Assembly: GCA_965220085.1 (NCBI GenBank)
Contig: CBDCOZ010000003.1
Location: 928,001-992,000, forward strand
Length of the DNA: 64,000 nt
Direction of reading: 5' to 3'
Source: Candidatus Oxydemutatoraceae bacterium
GTDB lineage: Bacteria > Pseudomonadota > Gammaproteobacteria > Poriferisulfidales > Oxydemutatoraceae
Part shown: positions 42,501 through 49,986 of the stretch, in pieces
Position numbering within the stretch: position 1 is the first letter of the stretch
Layout: each line of letters starts with the position of its first letter
Notes under the pieces: model-generated
Databases searched by the model: none
What the model saw: the letters and a program-made list of their open reading frames with translations, nothing else
Told to the model about the DNA's origin: nothing
Translations under genes and position numbers: made by a program

Positions 42501-43172
42501 GAAGCCTTACTAGCAGAGGATTCTAAATCCGGAGAGATTCTAAAACCGCTCCTGCGGGGCCGTGACATCAAGCGCTATAGGGCTAAACGGGCTGAGAAGT
42601 GGCTGATTACCACGCATAATGGCTATGGAGATGTGCCACCTATTGATATCGGTGACTACCCAGCTGTGAAAAGACATCTGGATCGGTTCCATTCGCGAAT
42701 AGTGGCACGAGAAGATCAGGGTACCACCCCATATAACCTTCGCCATTGCGCGTACTACCCCGAGTTTATGCGCGATAAGATTGTTTGGAGTGATATTTCC
42801 ACTAAACCAGCATTCACGATGATGAAAGCAGGGGTATATCTCTTGAATACAGCGTATATGATTACTACAGACAAGCCATACCTTCTTGCTTTCTTAAATT
42901 CCAAATTAGCAGGATACTATATGTCCCTGACAGCAACTGGCTTAGGTGGGCATGGGGTCAGATACTTTAAACAATTTGTGGAGAAGGTTCCTGTCCCAAA
43001 GATAAGTGATGATAAGCATAAATCCTTCGCAAACATAGCAGACAGGATTCTGAATTCCGAAAATCAACCAGCCCACGTCACCAAATTAGAGCGGGATATT
43101 GACCATTTAGTCTATGCGCTCTATGACTTCACTGATGCAGAGATTCAGATGATTGAGAGCTACCAATCATAG
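39522..43172 (+). CDS. Type IIG / Eco57I-like N6-adenine DNA methyltransferase with C-terminal TaqI-C-like target recognition region
   Basis: GSFYTP, ILDPAVGSGAF (motif I), IGNPPY (motif IV); ATGA overlap with helicase stop. Confidence 0.9.
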   Translation: MTNLSKQEIQDIIDCLAGGNLAQEAYALFKALGYRSGRTGNSSGAVGDFLTHGGYKLTGTESEATFKEQAKAVHILFQITEDEIKAGVGNMLGEDVDFNSGNNKSFVFVVSELCEDSYSRSQYAAFTREINKRLPMPVVVLFRTASGRVSLAFVHRRPSKVNTDRDVLGHVSLVREVNTQAPHRAHLQTLQDLCLHRRLEWIRDHSRDENFDGLLDAWLVALDTQELNKQFYKELFDWFKRAVAEASFPESAGLKPEEQIIRLITRLLFIWFIKEKGLVADELFVEEQVGGLLKDYDRDSGDSYYRAVLQNLFFAVLNTEIGERRFSKQTNETHRDFSCYRYRKEIVKTDRLLAMFDKTPFINGGLFDCLDDFEGVKEGGKRIDYFTDNPAQRRGYSMPNHLFFGPEGLITLFSRYHFTVEENTPIEREVALDPELLGRTFENLLAAYNPETRDKASERKLTGSFYTPREVVDYMVDQALLESLAALVTTDEASWWRDRLGYLLDYADACDDAWELFDAEERKRIVAAVAKVKILDPAVGSGAFPMGVLHKLTLILRRLDPDNKKWRKVQRDLATERASKAFKRTGKEQRKEALQEINELFESYSGSDFGRKLYLIQNSIFGVDIQPIACQIAKLRFFISLAIEQRPNKNKQSNYGIRPLPNLETRFIAADSLINILIPSQLTMVSDEKENIKQEIKDNRECYFHAATRSDKKAMIEKDKDLRIKLADLLWQEWGQGDAGEIDGANLWRNKNKEHKKEKEYTDKIAQWDPYDQNSYAGWFNSEYMFDITEGFDIVIGNPPYIQLQKIDSKMKKLYMAEGYKVCVGNGDIYTLFYERGLQLLKDGAHLCFITSNKWMCAGYGKKLRELFSQKCPKNLIDFSGFRVFDSATVDTNIILIAKANMPADGKLQATSMRDDFSPENSIHKYVEDNKIDIKAENLKMAEAPWIICTPAEFALKEKIERIGVPLKEWDISINYGIKTGCNDAFIIDNETREALLAEDSKSGEILKPLLRGRDIKRYRAKRAEKWLITTHNGYGDVPPIDIGDYPAVKRHLDRFHSRIVAREDQGTTPYNLRHCAYYPEFMRDKIVWSDISTKPAFTMMKAGVYLLNTAYMITTDKPYLLAFLNSKLAGYYMSLTATGLGGHGVRYFKQFVEKVPVPKISDDKHKSFANIADRILNSENQPAHVTKLERDIDHLVYALYDFTDAEIQMIESYQS
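42437..42583 (+). repeat. Left arm of 147-bp imperfect inverted repeat inside the methyltransferase gene
   Basis: Reverse complement of 43803-43949; about 17 mismatches by hand count; perfect blocks of 21, 26 and 27 bp. Confidence 0.93.
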
Positions 43173-43174
43173 AG

Positions 43175-43957
43175 CTAACGCCGCTCTTCAATTATCGCTA
43201 TCTCAGCTTTTGTTAGACTAAATAGCGTATATGCCAGATTATCTACTTGCTCTTCTAACTTATTCGTGTTCTCGCGCCTCGCTTTCGCTACGCTGATTTT
43301 TTGCAACAGCTCTACAAAAGGTTGCTGCTCGTTTTGCGGTATTCTGGGAATTGTGATGTTCTCTGCAAAAAGTTTCTGCATCAAATACCCCTTGCTATCC
43401 CGTGAATAGACATACAATGGTATCAAAAATCGAACAATCTTCGAGTTTAACATGGTGCACAGATAAGGCAGGTGTTGCCCTGTGATAATGAAGGCAGTCT
43501 TATCTGTTACAAGTTCGTTGCCAAAATCCATAAAGAATCTGGGGAATTCATCAGGCATACCCTTAGCCTCCCTCATCGTTTCAGGATACACAATCTTATC
43601 GCGCATAAACTCGGCGTGGTATGCAATGCTATCTTGAGTCTCATACCATTTGTAGCCAGTTGCCTTTCGGCTACCAGGCGCACCAGTCTGCTGCAGTCGA
43701 TGCTTGCCAAATGAAAGCAGGTGACGCTTTACAGCCTGATAATCATCAATGTCCAATTCTAGTGCAGGCAATGTGGCAATCAACCACAGTTCGGCCCATT
43801 CCGCCCTGTAGCGTTTTATGTCGCGGCCTCGCAGTATCGGCTTCAGAATCTCCTCGGATTTAGGATCCTCTGCTAGTAAGGCTTCCCTAGTCTCGTTATC
43901 AATGATAAACGCATCGTTGCAGCCCGTTTTTATTCCGTAGTTAATGGAATTGTTCAA
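43175..43957 (-). CDS. Alternative, inverted C-terminal specificity (TRD) cassette of the methyltransferase
   Basis: Begins SINYGIKTGCNDAFIIDNETREALLAED, identical to the residues encoded from 42438, then diverges; no MTase motifs; tail-to-tail with the MTase gene. Confidence 0.85.
   Translation of the reverse strand: MNNSINYGIKTGCNDAFIIDNETREALLAEDPKSEEILKPILRGRDIKRYRAEWAELWLIATLPALELDIDDYQAVKRHLLSFGKHRLQQTGAPGSRKATGYKWYETQDSIAYHAEFMRDKIVYPETMREAKGMPDEFPRFFMDFGNELVTDKTAFIITGQHLPYLCTMLNSKIVRFLIPLYVYSRDSKGYLMQKLFAENITIPRIPQNEQQPFVELLQKISVAKARRENTNKLEEQVDNLAYTLFSLTKAEIAIIEERR
43803..43949 (-). repeat. Right arm of 147-bp inverted repeat
   Basis: Matches 42437-42583 on the opposite strand. Confidence 0.93.
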
Positions 43958-44016
43958 TCCTTAACCTCTTTGTTTCTGTTATAAGAGGATTTTCATTTAA
44001 CTGGGAGACCATATCC

Positions 44017-44982
44017 ATGAAATCAATAATTCAACACTCAATCACAGATATTCGCCGAGATATTGTTACTGGTGCTTTGGCTCAAAACACTATCCGCACA
44101 TATAAAAAGGCATGGGACGATTTTTCTGCCTATTGTAAAAGTCGGCGAATTAAGCCACTTGCAGCGACACCAGACACAGTGGCAGAGTTTCTGATAGAGA
44201 GTGCTACTAAACCATCACTTGCTACTGGCCGGCCATTGTCGGTCGGGTCTCTATCAATCCTTAATTGTGCGATTGCAAAACACTTCTGGTTGCATGAGAG
44301 ACAATCACCCACCAACCACCCAAAGGTAGTGACCGCTATGCGAGGACTGGCGCGTATCAACGGTAAGCCGCCCAGACAGGTCAAGGCATTGCGCGAGAAG
44401 CACATAGTCGAAATGATAAAGCAGTGCGATACCGGCACGTTAATAGGGACGCGCGATGCGGCGCTACTGGCGGTGGGTTTCTCTGCTGCGTTGCGTCGTA
44501 GTGAACTTTGTGCATTGCAAGTCGACGACATTGAGGTGATAGATGACGAGGGCGGATTACGTATGATGCTGACCATCCGCAAATCTAAAACCGACCAAGC
44601 TGGACTAGGCCAAGCTATACCGGTGCTAGATGGCAAGTTCATAAGGCCTGTCACCCATTTGCTGCAATGGTTGCACGAATCTGGCATCACCGATGGTTAC
44701 ATATTTCGTTCTTTGCGGCGCGGAGGGCATATGAGGGGTGATTGTTTGCACCACAGTGATATCCCGCGCCTAGTAAAACGCTATGCTGCTGCCATTGGTC
44801 TTGACCCTGCACATTACGCAGGCCATAGCCTACGCGCTGGATTTGTCACTAGTGCCGCTGCTCACGGCGCACGCATGGATAAGATTATGGAGGTCACGCG
44901 GCATACTAACACCCAGACCTTGATGAAGTATATCCGCGATGCCAATGTATTCAGTGAACATGCAGGCACTAAATTTCTGTGA
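44017..44982 (+). CDS. Tyrosine recombinase (phage integrase / Cre-like family)
   Basis: RDAALL..GF..ALRRSEL, KSKTDQ, GHSLRAG, TRH, KY: complete R-K-H-R-H-Y set. Confidence 0.93.
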   Translation: MKSIIQHSITDIRRDIVTGALAQNTIRTYKKAWDDFSAYCKSRRIKPLAATPDTVAEFLIESATKPSLATGRPLSVGSLSILNCAIAKHFWLHERQSPTNHPKVVTAMRGLARINGKPPRQVKALREKHIVEMIKQCDTGTLIGTRDAALLAVGFSAALRRSELCALQVDDIEVIDDEGGLRMMLTIRKSKTDQAGLGQAIPVLDGKFIRPVTHLLQWLHESGITDGYIFRSLRRGGHMRGDCLHHSDIPRLVKRYAAAIGLDPAHYAGHSLRAGFVTSAAAHGARMDKIMEVTRHTNTQTLMKYIRDANVFSEHAGTKFL

Positions 44983-45118
44983 ACAATTTGAATAAGGCCA
45001 GCTGTTAAATCTTGGGTAACCACAAAACATAACCAAAGTTGAGGAGGATGAAAGATGAGTGTCGGTTCGTAGTGGTATAGCTGAATACCTCCTACTTAAA
45101 TCCTAATATCAAATTAGT

Positions 45119-45342
45119 TCAATTGTGCAGAATCAGGATTTCGCCTTTGCCGTTTGCGGCACAGTCGCCGACATAGCGGTTTGCCAGCTTTGGCAAGGGC
45201 AAGGGCTCAAAGCCGATGTCAAGCTTTTGCAAGTAGTTTGACAGTAAGGTCAGAAACTCGGTTTCAAAGTATTTATTCTGGTTGATAAAGGTCTGGGGCA
45301 GGCCGCCCTGCGGTAATTGACGCAGGATGATGCTCCCTCTTT
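45119..45342 (-). repeat. Direct-repeat copy of the last 224 bp of fhcC
   Basis: Near-identical to 49987-50210 (about 5 mismatches by hand count), including the stop codon position. Confidence 0.95.
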
Positions 45343-45461
45343 CCAGAGCGGAATTGACAAGGATGAAGTGTAAAAGGTATGCGGCGGATGTTTTTGAAGG
45401 TGGTGAGGAGGCTTTTAATATGCAAAAATCCAAATATGACTTTTGAATATGGATACAGACA

Positions 45462-46664
45462 ATGCTGAAAAGTGAACTTCTGGAATTAATCGACCAAGGG
45501 GAAGGGCCCAAACTGGAATTTGATCGCGATGATGTCCGCCCTGAAAATCTGGCTAAGGAAATAGTGGCTTTCACCAACATGAACGGCGGCCAAATACTTA
45601 TGGGTGTTGAAAATGATGGAGACATCAGCGGCATACGGAGGAATAACCTTCGGGAATGGGTAATGGATACGGTTATTGGTCGCCATGTTCATCCATATAT
45701 TCATCCGGACTATCAAGAAATTTCGCTTGAAGATAAGAAAGTAGCCGTGATTGATATCCCCATGGGGACTGTCAAGCCATACACTCTCAAACACAATGAT
45801 CGCCAAGATGCGTATGTTCGTTATGGGAATATATGTAAGCCGGTAAATCGTGCACAGCAGGCAAGGTTGTATGCATCCGGCGGGTCTTATTCGATTGAAA
45901 GACTTCCCGTTCCGGGTTCAAAGATTAGTGAACTGAGCAAGCCTCGCTATCTCCAATATTTCTCCGATGTTTTGGAAGAAACGATAGACATTGATGAAGA
46001 GTTTCTTGAAAATCGTTATTTCCTCGTAGATTCAAGTGGTGGCCTATCGTGCAGTTATTTCGCATATGCGCTGTTTGCCAAGAGACCTGGTCTGCGGTTG
46101 CCACAGGCGCCGGTTCGCGTAACTGTATATCCCGGCAATGATAAGGATTACGATACTTCATTGGATGAGAGTCCGGATGTGCCCTATGTGGGGTTATGCA
46201 ATGATGAAGGTGCTGTTGTCGAACCCGCCATTCATGAGAGAGTCATGGCGCTGATACAGTCGCATATCAGTAAAGAACAGTTGGTGGATGCCACCCGAAC
46301 ACGGCTGTGGGACTATCCGCCGGAGGCTATCAGGGAGGCCATAGTCAATGCGCTTGTCCATCGCGATTGGACCAAGACGGGCTGTGTGCGCTTGGAGGTG
46401 TATGGCGACCGCTTGGAAATCCATAGCCCCGGTTCTCTGCCCAATGGCATGACTGTCGATGGGGTAAAACATGGGGCGCGATTTGCCCGCAATCAGCAGT
46501 TGGTTCGCGTATTCAATGATTACGGATATATGGAAGGCCGGGGAATGGGTATACGCCGCAAGATTATCCTGCTGAGCTTGAAACATAGTGGCCGTGAGCC
46601 AGACTTTGAGGCAACAGAAGACCACTTCAAAGTGATACTGTATAAGAAAGATGCTCGCACCTGA
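45462..46664 (+). CDS. Second AlbA_2 domain protein with RecG-C/HATPase-like C-terminus
   Basis: GEGPKLEF, EIVAFTN, GGQILMGVENDG; REAIVNALVHRDW, SPGSLP, RN, GMG. Confidence 0.85.
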   Translation: MLKSELLELIDQGEGPKLEFDRDDVRPENLAKEIVAFTNMNGGQILMGVENDGDISGIRRNNLREWVMDTVIGRHVHPYIHPDYQEISLEDKKVAVIDIPMGTVKPYTLKHNDRQDAYVRYGNICKPVNRAQQARLYASGGSYSIERLPVPGSKISELSKPRYLQYFSDVLEETIDIDEEFLENRYFLVDSSGGLSCSYFAYALFAKRPGLRLPQAPVRVTVYPGNDKDYDTSLDESPDVPYVGLCNDEGAVVEPAIHERVMALIQSHISKEQLVDATRTRLWDYPPEAIREAIVNALVHRDWTKTGCVRLEVYGDRLEIHSPGSLPNGMTVDGVKHGARFARNQQLVRVFNDYGYMEGRGMGIRRKIILLSLKHSGREPDFEATEDHFKVILYKKDART

Positions 46665-47001
46665 AACCGAACAACCGATTATCAACTCGCCATACGAGGA
46701 ACCGAAGGCGCACTGGAAGATTCATGCCCATGAACCGGCAGAGAAGGTGGAGGGGCGGCGCATGGCGGCTTATATGTATCTGCCATCCGGCAAGTCCCAT
46801 GATGTGGAGGATGAGCGCAAGACCGGCTACGAACTGGAATTGCAACTGGTGACACTGTTGCGTGAGCGGGTTACCGAGTGGCGGGAGATGGCACGGCGCG
46901 GCGAGGGCGGTGTCAGCAGGGTGACTATGGAACTGCTGAACTACTGGCGCCGCGAAGGGCGGAAGCATCGGTTGTTCTTTGCGCAGTTGGAAGTAGCGTA
47001 G
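46651..47001 (+). pseudogene. Truncated N-terminus of a type III restriction (Res)-like helicase
   Basis: PIINSPYEEP..HW, LRERVTEWR, ELLNYW, RLFFAQLE resemble Res-subunit N-termini; stops after 116 aa, before any helicase motif. Confidence 0.7.
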
Positions 47002-47080
47002 GTGGTTGTATTTCTAGCCTTTCAGGTTTTGTTTCAGTTATGGTATAACAGCCAGTACCCTTACAACTGGAGACCATACC

Positions 47081-47665
47081 ATGAAAATTTTCATATTCTC
47101 ACCCCAATCCATCTATATGGAGATTTGGCAATGCCTTAAGATTCGCCGCTCTGTTTATGTGCAAAACAGAAATCTATATTTCTTGACGATGCTTGTTGTC
47201 GCACTTACAGCATCTACAGACGCATTCGCCGCAAATCTAGACCAGCACATAAACATGGGCCCTACTGAAAGGGAAATCGGCATGATGCTTGATGAACAAG
47301 TTTTCAAGAATGGAATAGAAGTGTTCAATAAGAAGAACTGGTTTCCCCCTGCTAGATGCAAAGCTTATTTAGGTGGTGCAAAAGACCATCCAACACAAGT
47401 ACGTCTATTAACTGATGCCAAAAAGGGCTACATGCCCATAGTAATAAGGTCATATCTGAGATTCCAAGGGGATGGCTGTAGAGGGGTTTTCAGACCCTTT
47501 GTAAAATCTCAGTATGTAGGATTTGCTGTTAAAATTCTCCCTGCCCCTGCCAATAATCCCAAGTGCGGGAAGATGATTGTATTGGAGAAATCAAATATTA
47601 AGAAATTGCCAGGGATAATAGAAACCAATATAGACAAAAAAATGAAATACCAAATATGCAGCTAG
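47081..47665 (+). CDS. Hypothetical AT-rich protein, probably exported (true start may be downstream, near 47159-47188)
   Basis: 194-aa ORF; hydrophobic stretch ending in AFA; four Cys in the predicted mature part. Confidence 0.55.
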   Translation: MKIFIFSPQSIYMEIWQCLKIRRSVYVQNRNLYFLTMLVVALTASTDAFAANLDQHINMGPTEREIGMMLDEQVFKNGIEVFNKKNWFPPARCKAYLGGAKDHPTQVRLLTDAKKGYMPIVIRSYLRFQGDGCRGVFRPFVKSQYVGFAVKILPAPANNPKCGKMIVLEKSNIKKLPGIIETNIDKKMKYQICS

Positions 47666-47916
47666 TCTACTGGTAACAATTAATATAGCTCTGTATACTG
47701 GCTATTGCAGAGTGCGACTATGATGCTTATATTCAAGTCAAACAGGGATAATAAGCATTACTTAGTCTGGGTGGCGCATTAAGGTGCCGCCCGACGCTGG
47801 GTCAATGCGGTGAACGTCGACGGCAAGCATGGTCATTGGCAATATTGCATGGTGTCAGAAAGCGAGAAGGCCGTTGATGCGGTGGATGATGCCGTCAAAG
47901 CCGCGAGCCGCACATA

Positions 47917-48127
47917 GCCTATGCGCACTATCGGCTCCGAACACGGCGCTGTTTATCGATGCCAAGCTCCATAACACAGGGCCGGGGCACGAAGTATCCG
48001 TCAGAAAAGAGGCACTGACCGAGAGGGTCCGGCCTTCCAAGGCCTTTGTTGGGGCCAAGCATGAGTTTATAAAAGAGGTATCGCGCATCGGCAATAGCCT
48101 GAATGATTTGGGTGCGTATAATGTAAC
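47917..48127 (+). pseudogene. Decayed fragment of the MauG-like gene
   Basis: ALFIDAKLHNTG..E.S..KE..TERV...EFIKEVSRIG...NDLGAY.VT matches the protein encoded at ~34113-34324. Confidence 0.82.
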
Positions 48128-48207
48128 AAGAAAATGGGTGGCAGGTGGCCACTGGGCTGCACATAGGATAAAGATACCTCATTCCACACATATATAAACT
48201 GACTACG

Positions 48208-49383
48208 ATGAAAATTGAACGTATAGAGATTAATAATTTCCGCGCGCTACATAGTGTGGTTCTGAAAGATATTCCCAGCTTAGCTGTTTTTATTGGCAAA
48301 AACGGCAGCGGCAAGTCCACTTTGTTTCAAGTATTTGGTTTCTTAAAAGATGCACTGCAGAATAATGTACAAACAGCTTTGCAAAGAATGGGCGGATACC
48401 ATGAGGTGGCGACGCGAGGTCATTCGGATGAGCCAATCAGCATAGAAATAAAGTTCAGGATGAAGATTGCCGAGAAAGAACGACTGGTCACATACCGCGT
48501 TGAGATTGCCCGCAGAGACGACCGGCCTTTCGTCCGCCGCGAGATACTGCGTTACAAGAGAGGGTCTTTCGGTTCTCCGTTTCATTTTCTGGATTTTAGC
48601 AATGGCAACGGCTACGCGATTAACAATGAGGAGGATTTCAATAAACCGGACATAGAACTGGAGAAAGAGCATCAGAAGTTGCCCGACAATGTTCTGGCCA
48701 TCAAGGGCTTGGGGCAGTTTGAAAGGTTTAAGGCGGCCAGCGCTTTTCGCCATCTGATAGAGAACTGGCATGTCTCCGATTTCCATATAGCCGCCGCACG
48801 GCAGCGCGCAGAAGCCGGTGTGGCCGAGCATCTGTCTCCGACAGGAGACAACCTGCCGCTGGTCGCCCAATATTTGCAGAAGGGGAATCCGGAGGTGTTC
48901 CGGAAGATATTGGATAGGTTCCAAGAGCGGATTCCGGGCATGGGGAAGGTCACCGCGGATGTTACTCAGGATGGGCATGTGCTGCTGCGATTTAGCGATG
49001 CTTCTTTCAAAGATCCTTTCATTGCGCGATTTGTATCTGACGGAACCATTAAGATGTTTGCCTATCTGGTTTTGTTGCATGATCCCGAGCCTCACCCCTT
49101 TTTATGTATTGAGGAACCGGAAAACCAGCTTTACCCGGATCTTTTTGAAGCATTGATGGAGGAGTTGCGCGAATACGGCAGACTGGGAGGACAGGTATTT
49201 GTGTCCACGCATTCGCCGGACATCATGGATTATGCGGAGATTGAGGAAGCATTTCAGTTGGAAAAGAACTCCGGCAAAACTCAGATAAAAGCAATAAAGA
49301 ACAACGAGCAGGTCGCGGCGCTTGTCGAAGGGGGAGACAAACTGGGCTGGCTTTGGAATCAAAATTTGCTGACAGCCGATTAA
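48208..49383 (+). CDS. AAA/ABC-type ATPase (AAA_21/AAA_15-like)
   Basis: GKNGSGKS, SDGT signature, IEEPEN, STHS. Confidence 0.9.
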   Translation: MKIERIEINNFRALHSVVLKDIPSLAVFIGKNGSGKSTLFQVFGFLKDALQNNVQTALQRMGGYHEVATRGHSDEPISIEIKFRMKIAEKERLVTYRVEIARRDDRPFVRREILRYKRGSFGSPFHFLDFSNGNGYAINNEEDFNKPDIELEKEHQKLPDNVLAIKGLGQFERFKAASAFRHLIENWHVSDFHIAAARQRAEAGVAEHLSPTGDNLPLVAQYLQKGNPEVFRKILDRFQERIPGMGKVTADVTQDGHVLLRFSDASFKDPFIARFVSDGTIKMFAYLVLLHDPEPHPFLCIEEPENQLYPDLFEALMEELREYGRLGGQVFVSTHSPDIMDYAEIEEAFQLEKNSGKTQIKAIKNNEQVAALVEGGDKLGWLWNQNLLTAD

Positions 49384-49385
49384 CC

Positions 49386-49985
49386 ATGCCTGAAACCGCA
49401 CATCTGTGTTTGTATGTCATGCTGGAGGAACGTAGCGCCGAGCGCTTGATGAAAGCACTGTTGCCTCATATCCTTCCCGAAGAACTGGCATCCGGCGCCA
49501 TAAGCGCCAAATGCATCCCCCACAGAGGCAGAGGTGATTTGCAAAAGTCTATTCCCAACAAACTGCGTAACTGGCGCACTCCAAACTCCCTTTTTGTGAT
49601 TTTGCACGATCAAGACAATGAGGATTGTCACGGATTAAAAAGAGATTTGCGTTCCCTGTGTGCGGGCAGCCAATGTGAGCATAATCCGCTGATAAGAATC
49701 GTATGCACTGAGTTAGAGTCTTGGTATTTTGGAGATTTGGACGCTGTGGAAGCGGCATACCCCGGATTCAAGGCGGATAGATATCGCAACAAGAGCCAAT
49801 ACAGGGTGCCGGATGCCATTCAAAAGCCGAGTGAGAGGCTTAAGAGCTTAATCAAAGAGTTTGATAAAAGTACGGCTGCCAAGAAAATACCCCGACACAT
49901 GGATATTAACCGTAACCGTTCCGCAAGTTTTATATGTATGGTGGAAGGTATCCGCAATCTGGTGCGCGGAGCAATAGTAGCGTAG
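49386..49985 (+). CDS. DUF4276-like (TOPRIM-related) partner of the ATPase
   Basis: LEERS, LHDQD..DC, ELESWYFGD, NRSASF; 2 bp after the ATPase stop. Confidence 0.75.
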   Translation: MPETAHLCLYVMLEERSAERLMKALLPHILPEELASGAISAKCIPHRGRGDLQKSIPNKLRNWRTPNSLFVILHDQDNEDCHGLKRDLRSLCAGSQCEHNPLIRIVCTELESWYFGDLDAVEAAYPGFKADRYRNKSQYRVPDAIQKPSERLKSLIKEFDKSTAAKKIPRHMDINRNRSASFICMVEGIRNLVRGAIVA

Positions 49986-49986
49986 C

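Noticed and set aside
36179-44982. Integron interpretation (GTTAGAT before the helicase ATG; tyrosine recombinase nearby)
   Set aside because: No paired attC structures found, and the recombinase looks Cre/phage-like with no evident IntI-specific insertion.
45119-45634. 171-aa minus-strand ORF ending like FhcC
   Set aside because: Chimera of the duplicated fhcC 3' end and the antisense of the AlbA_2 gene; treated as a repeat, not a gene.
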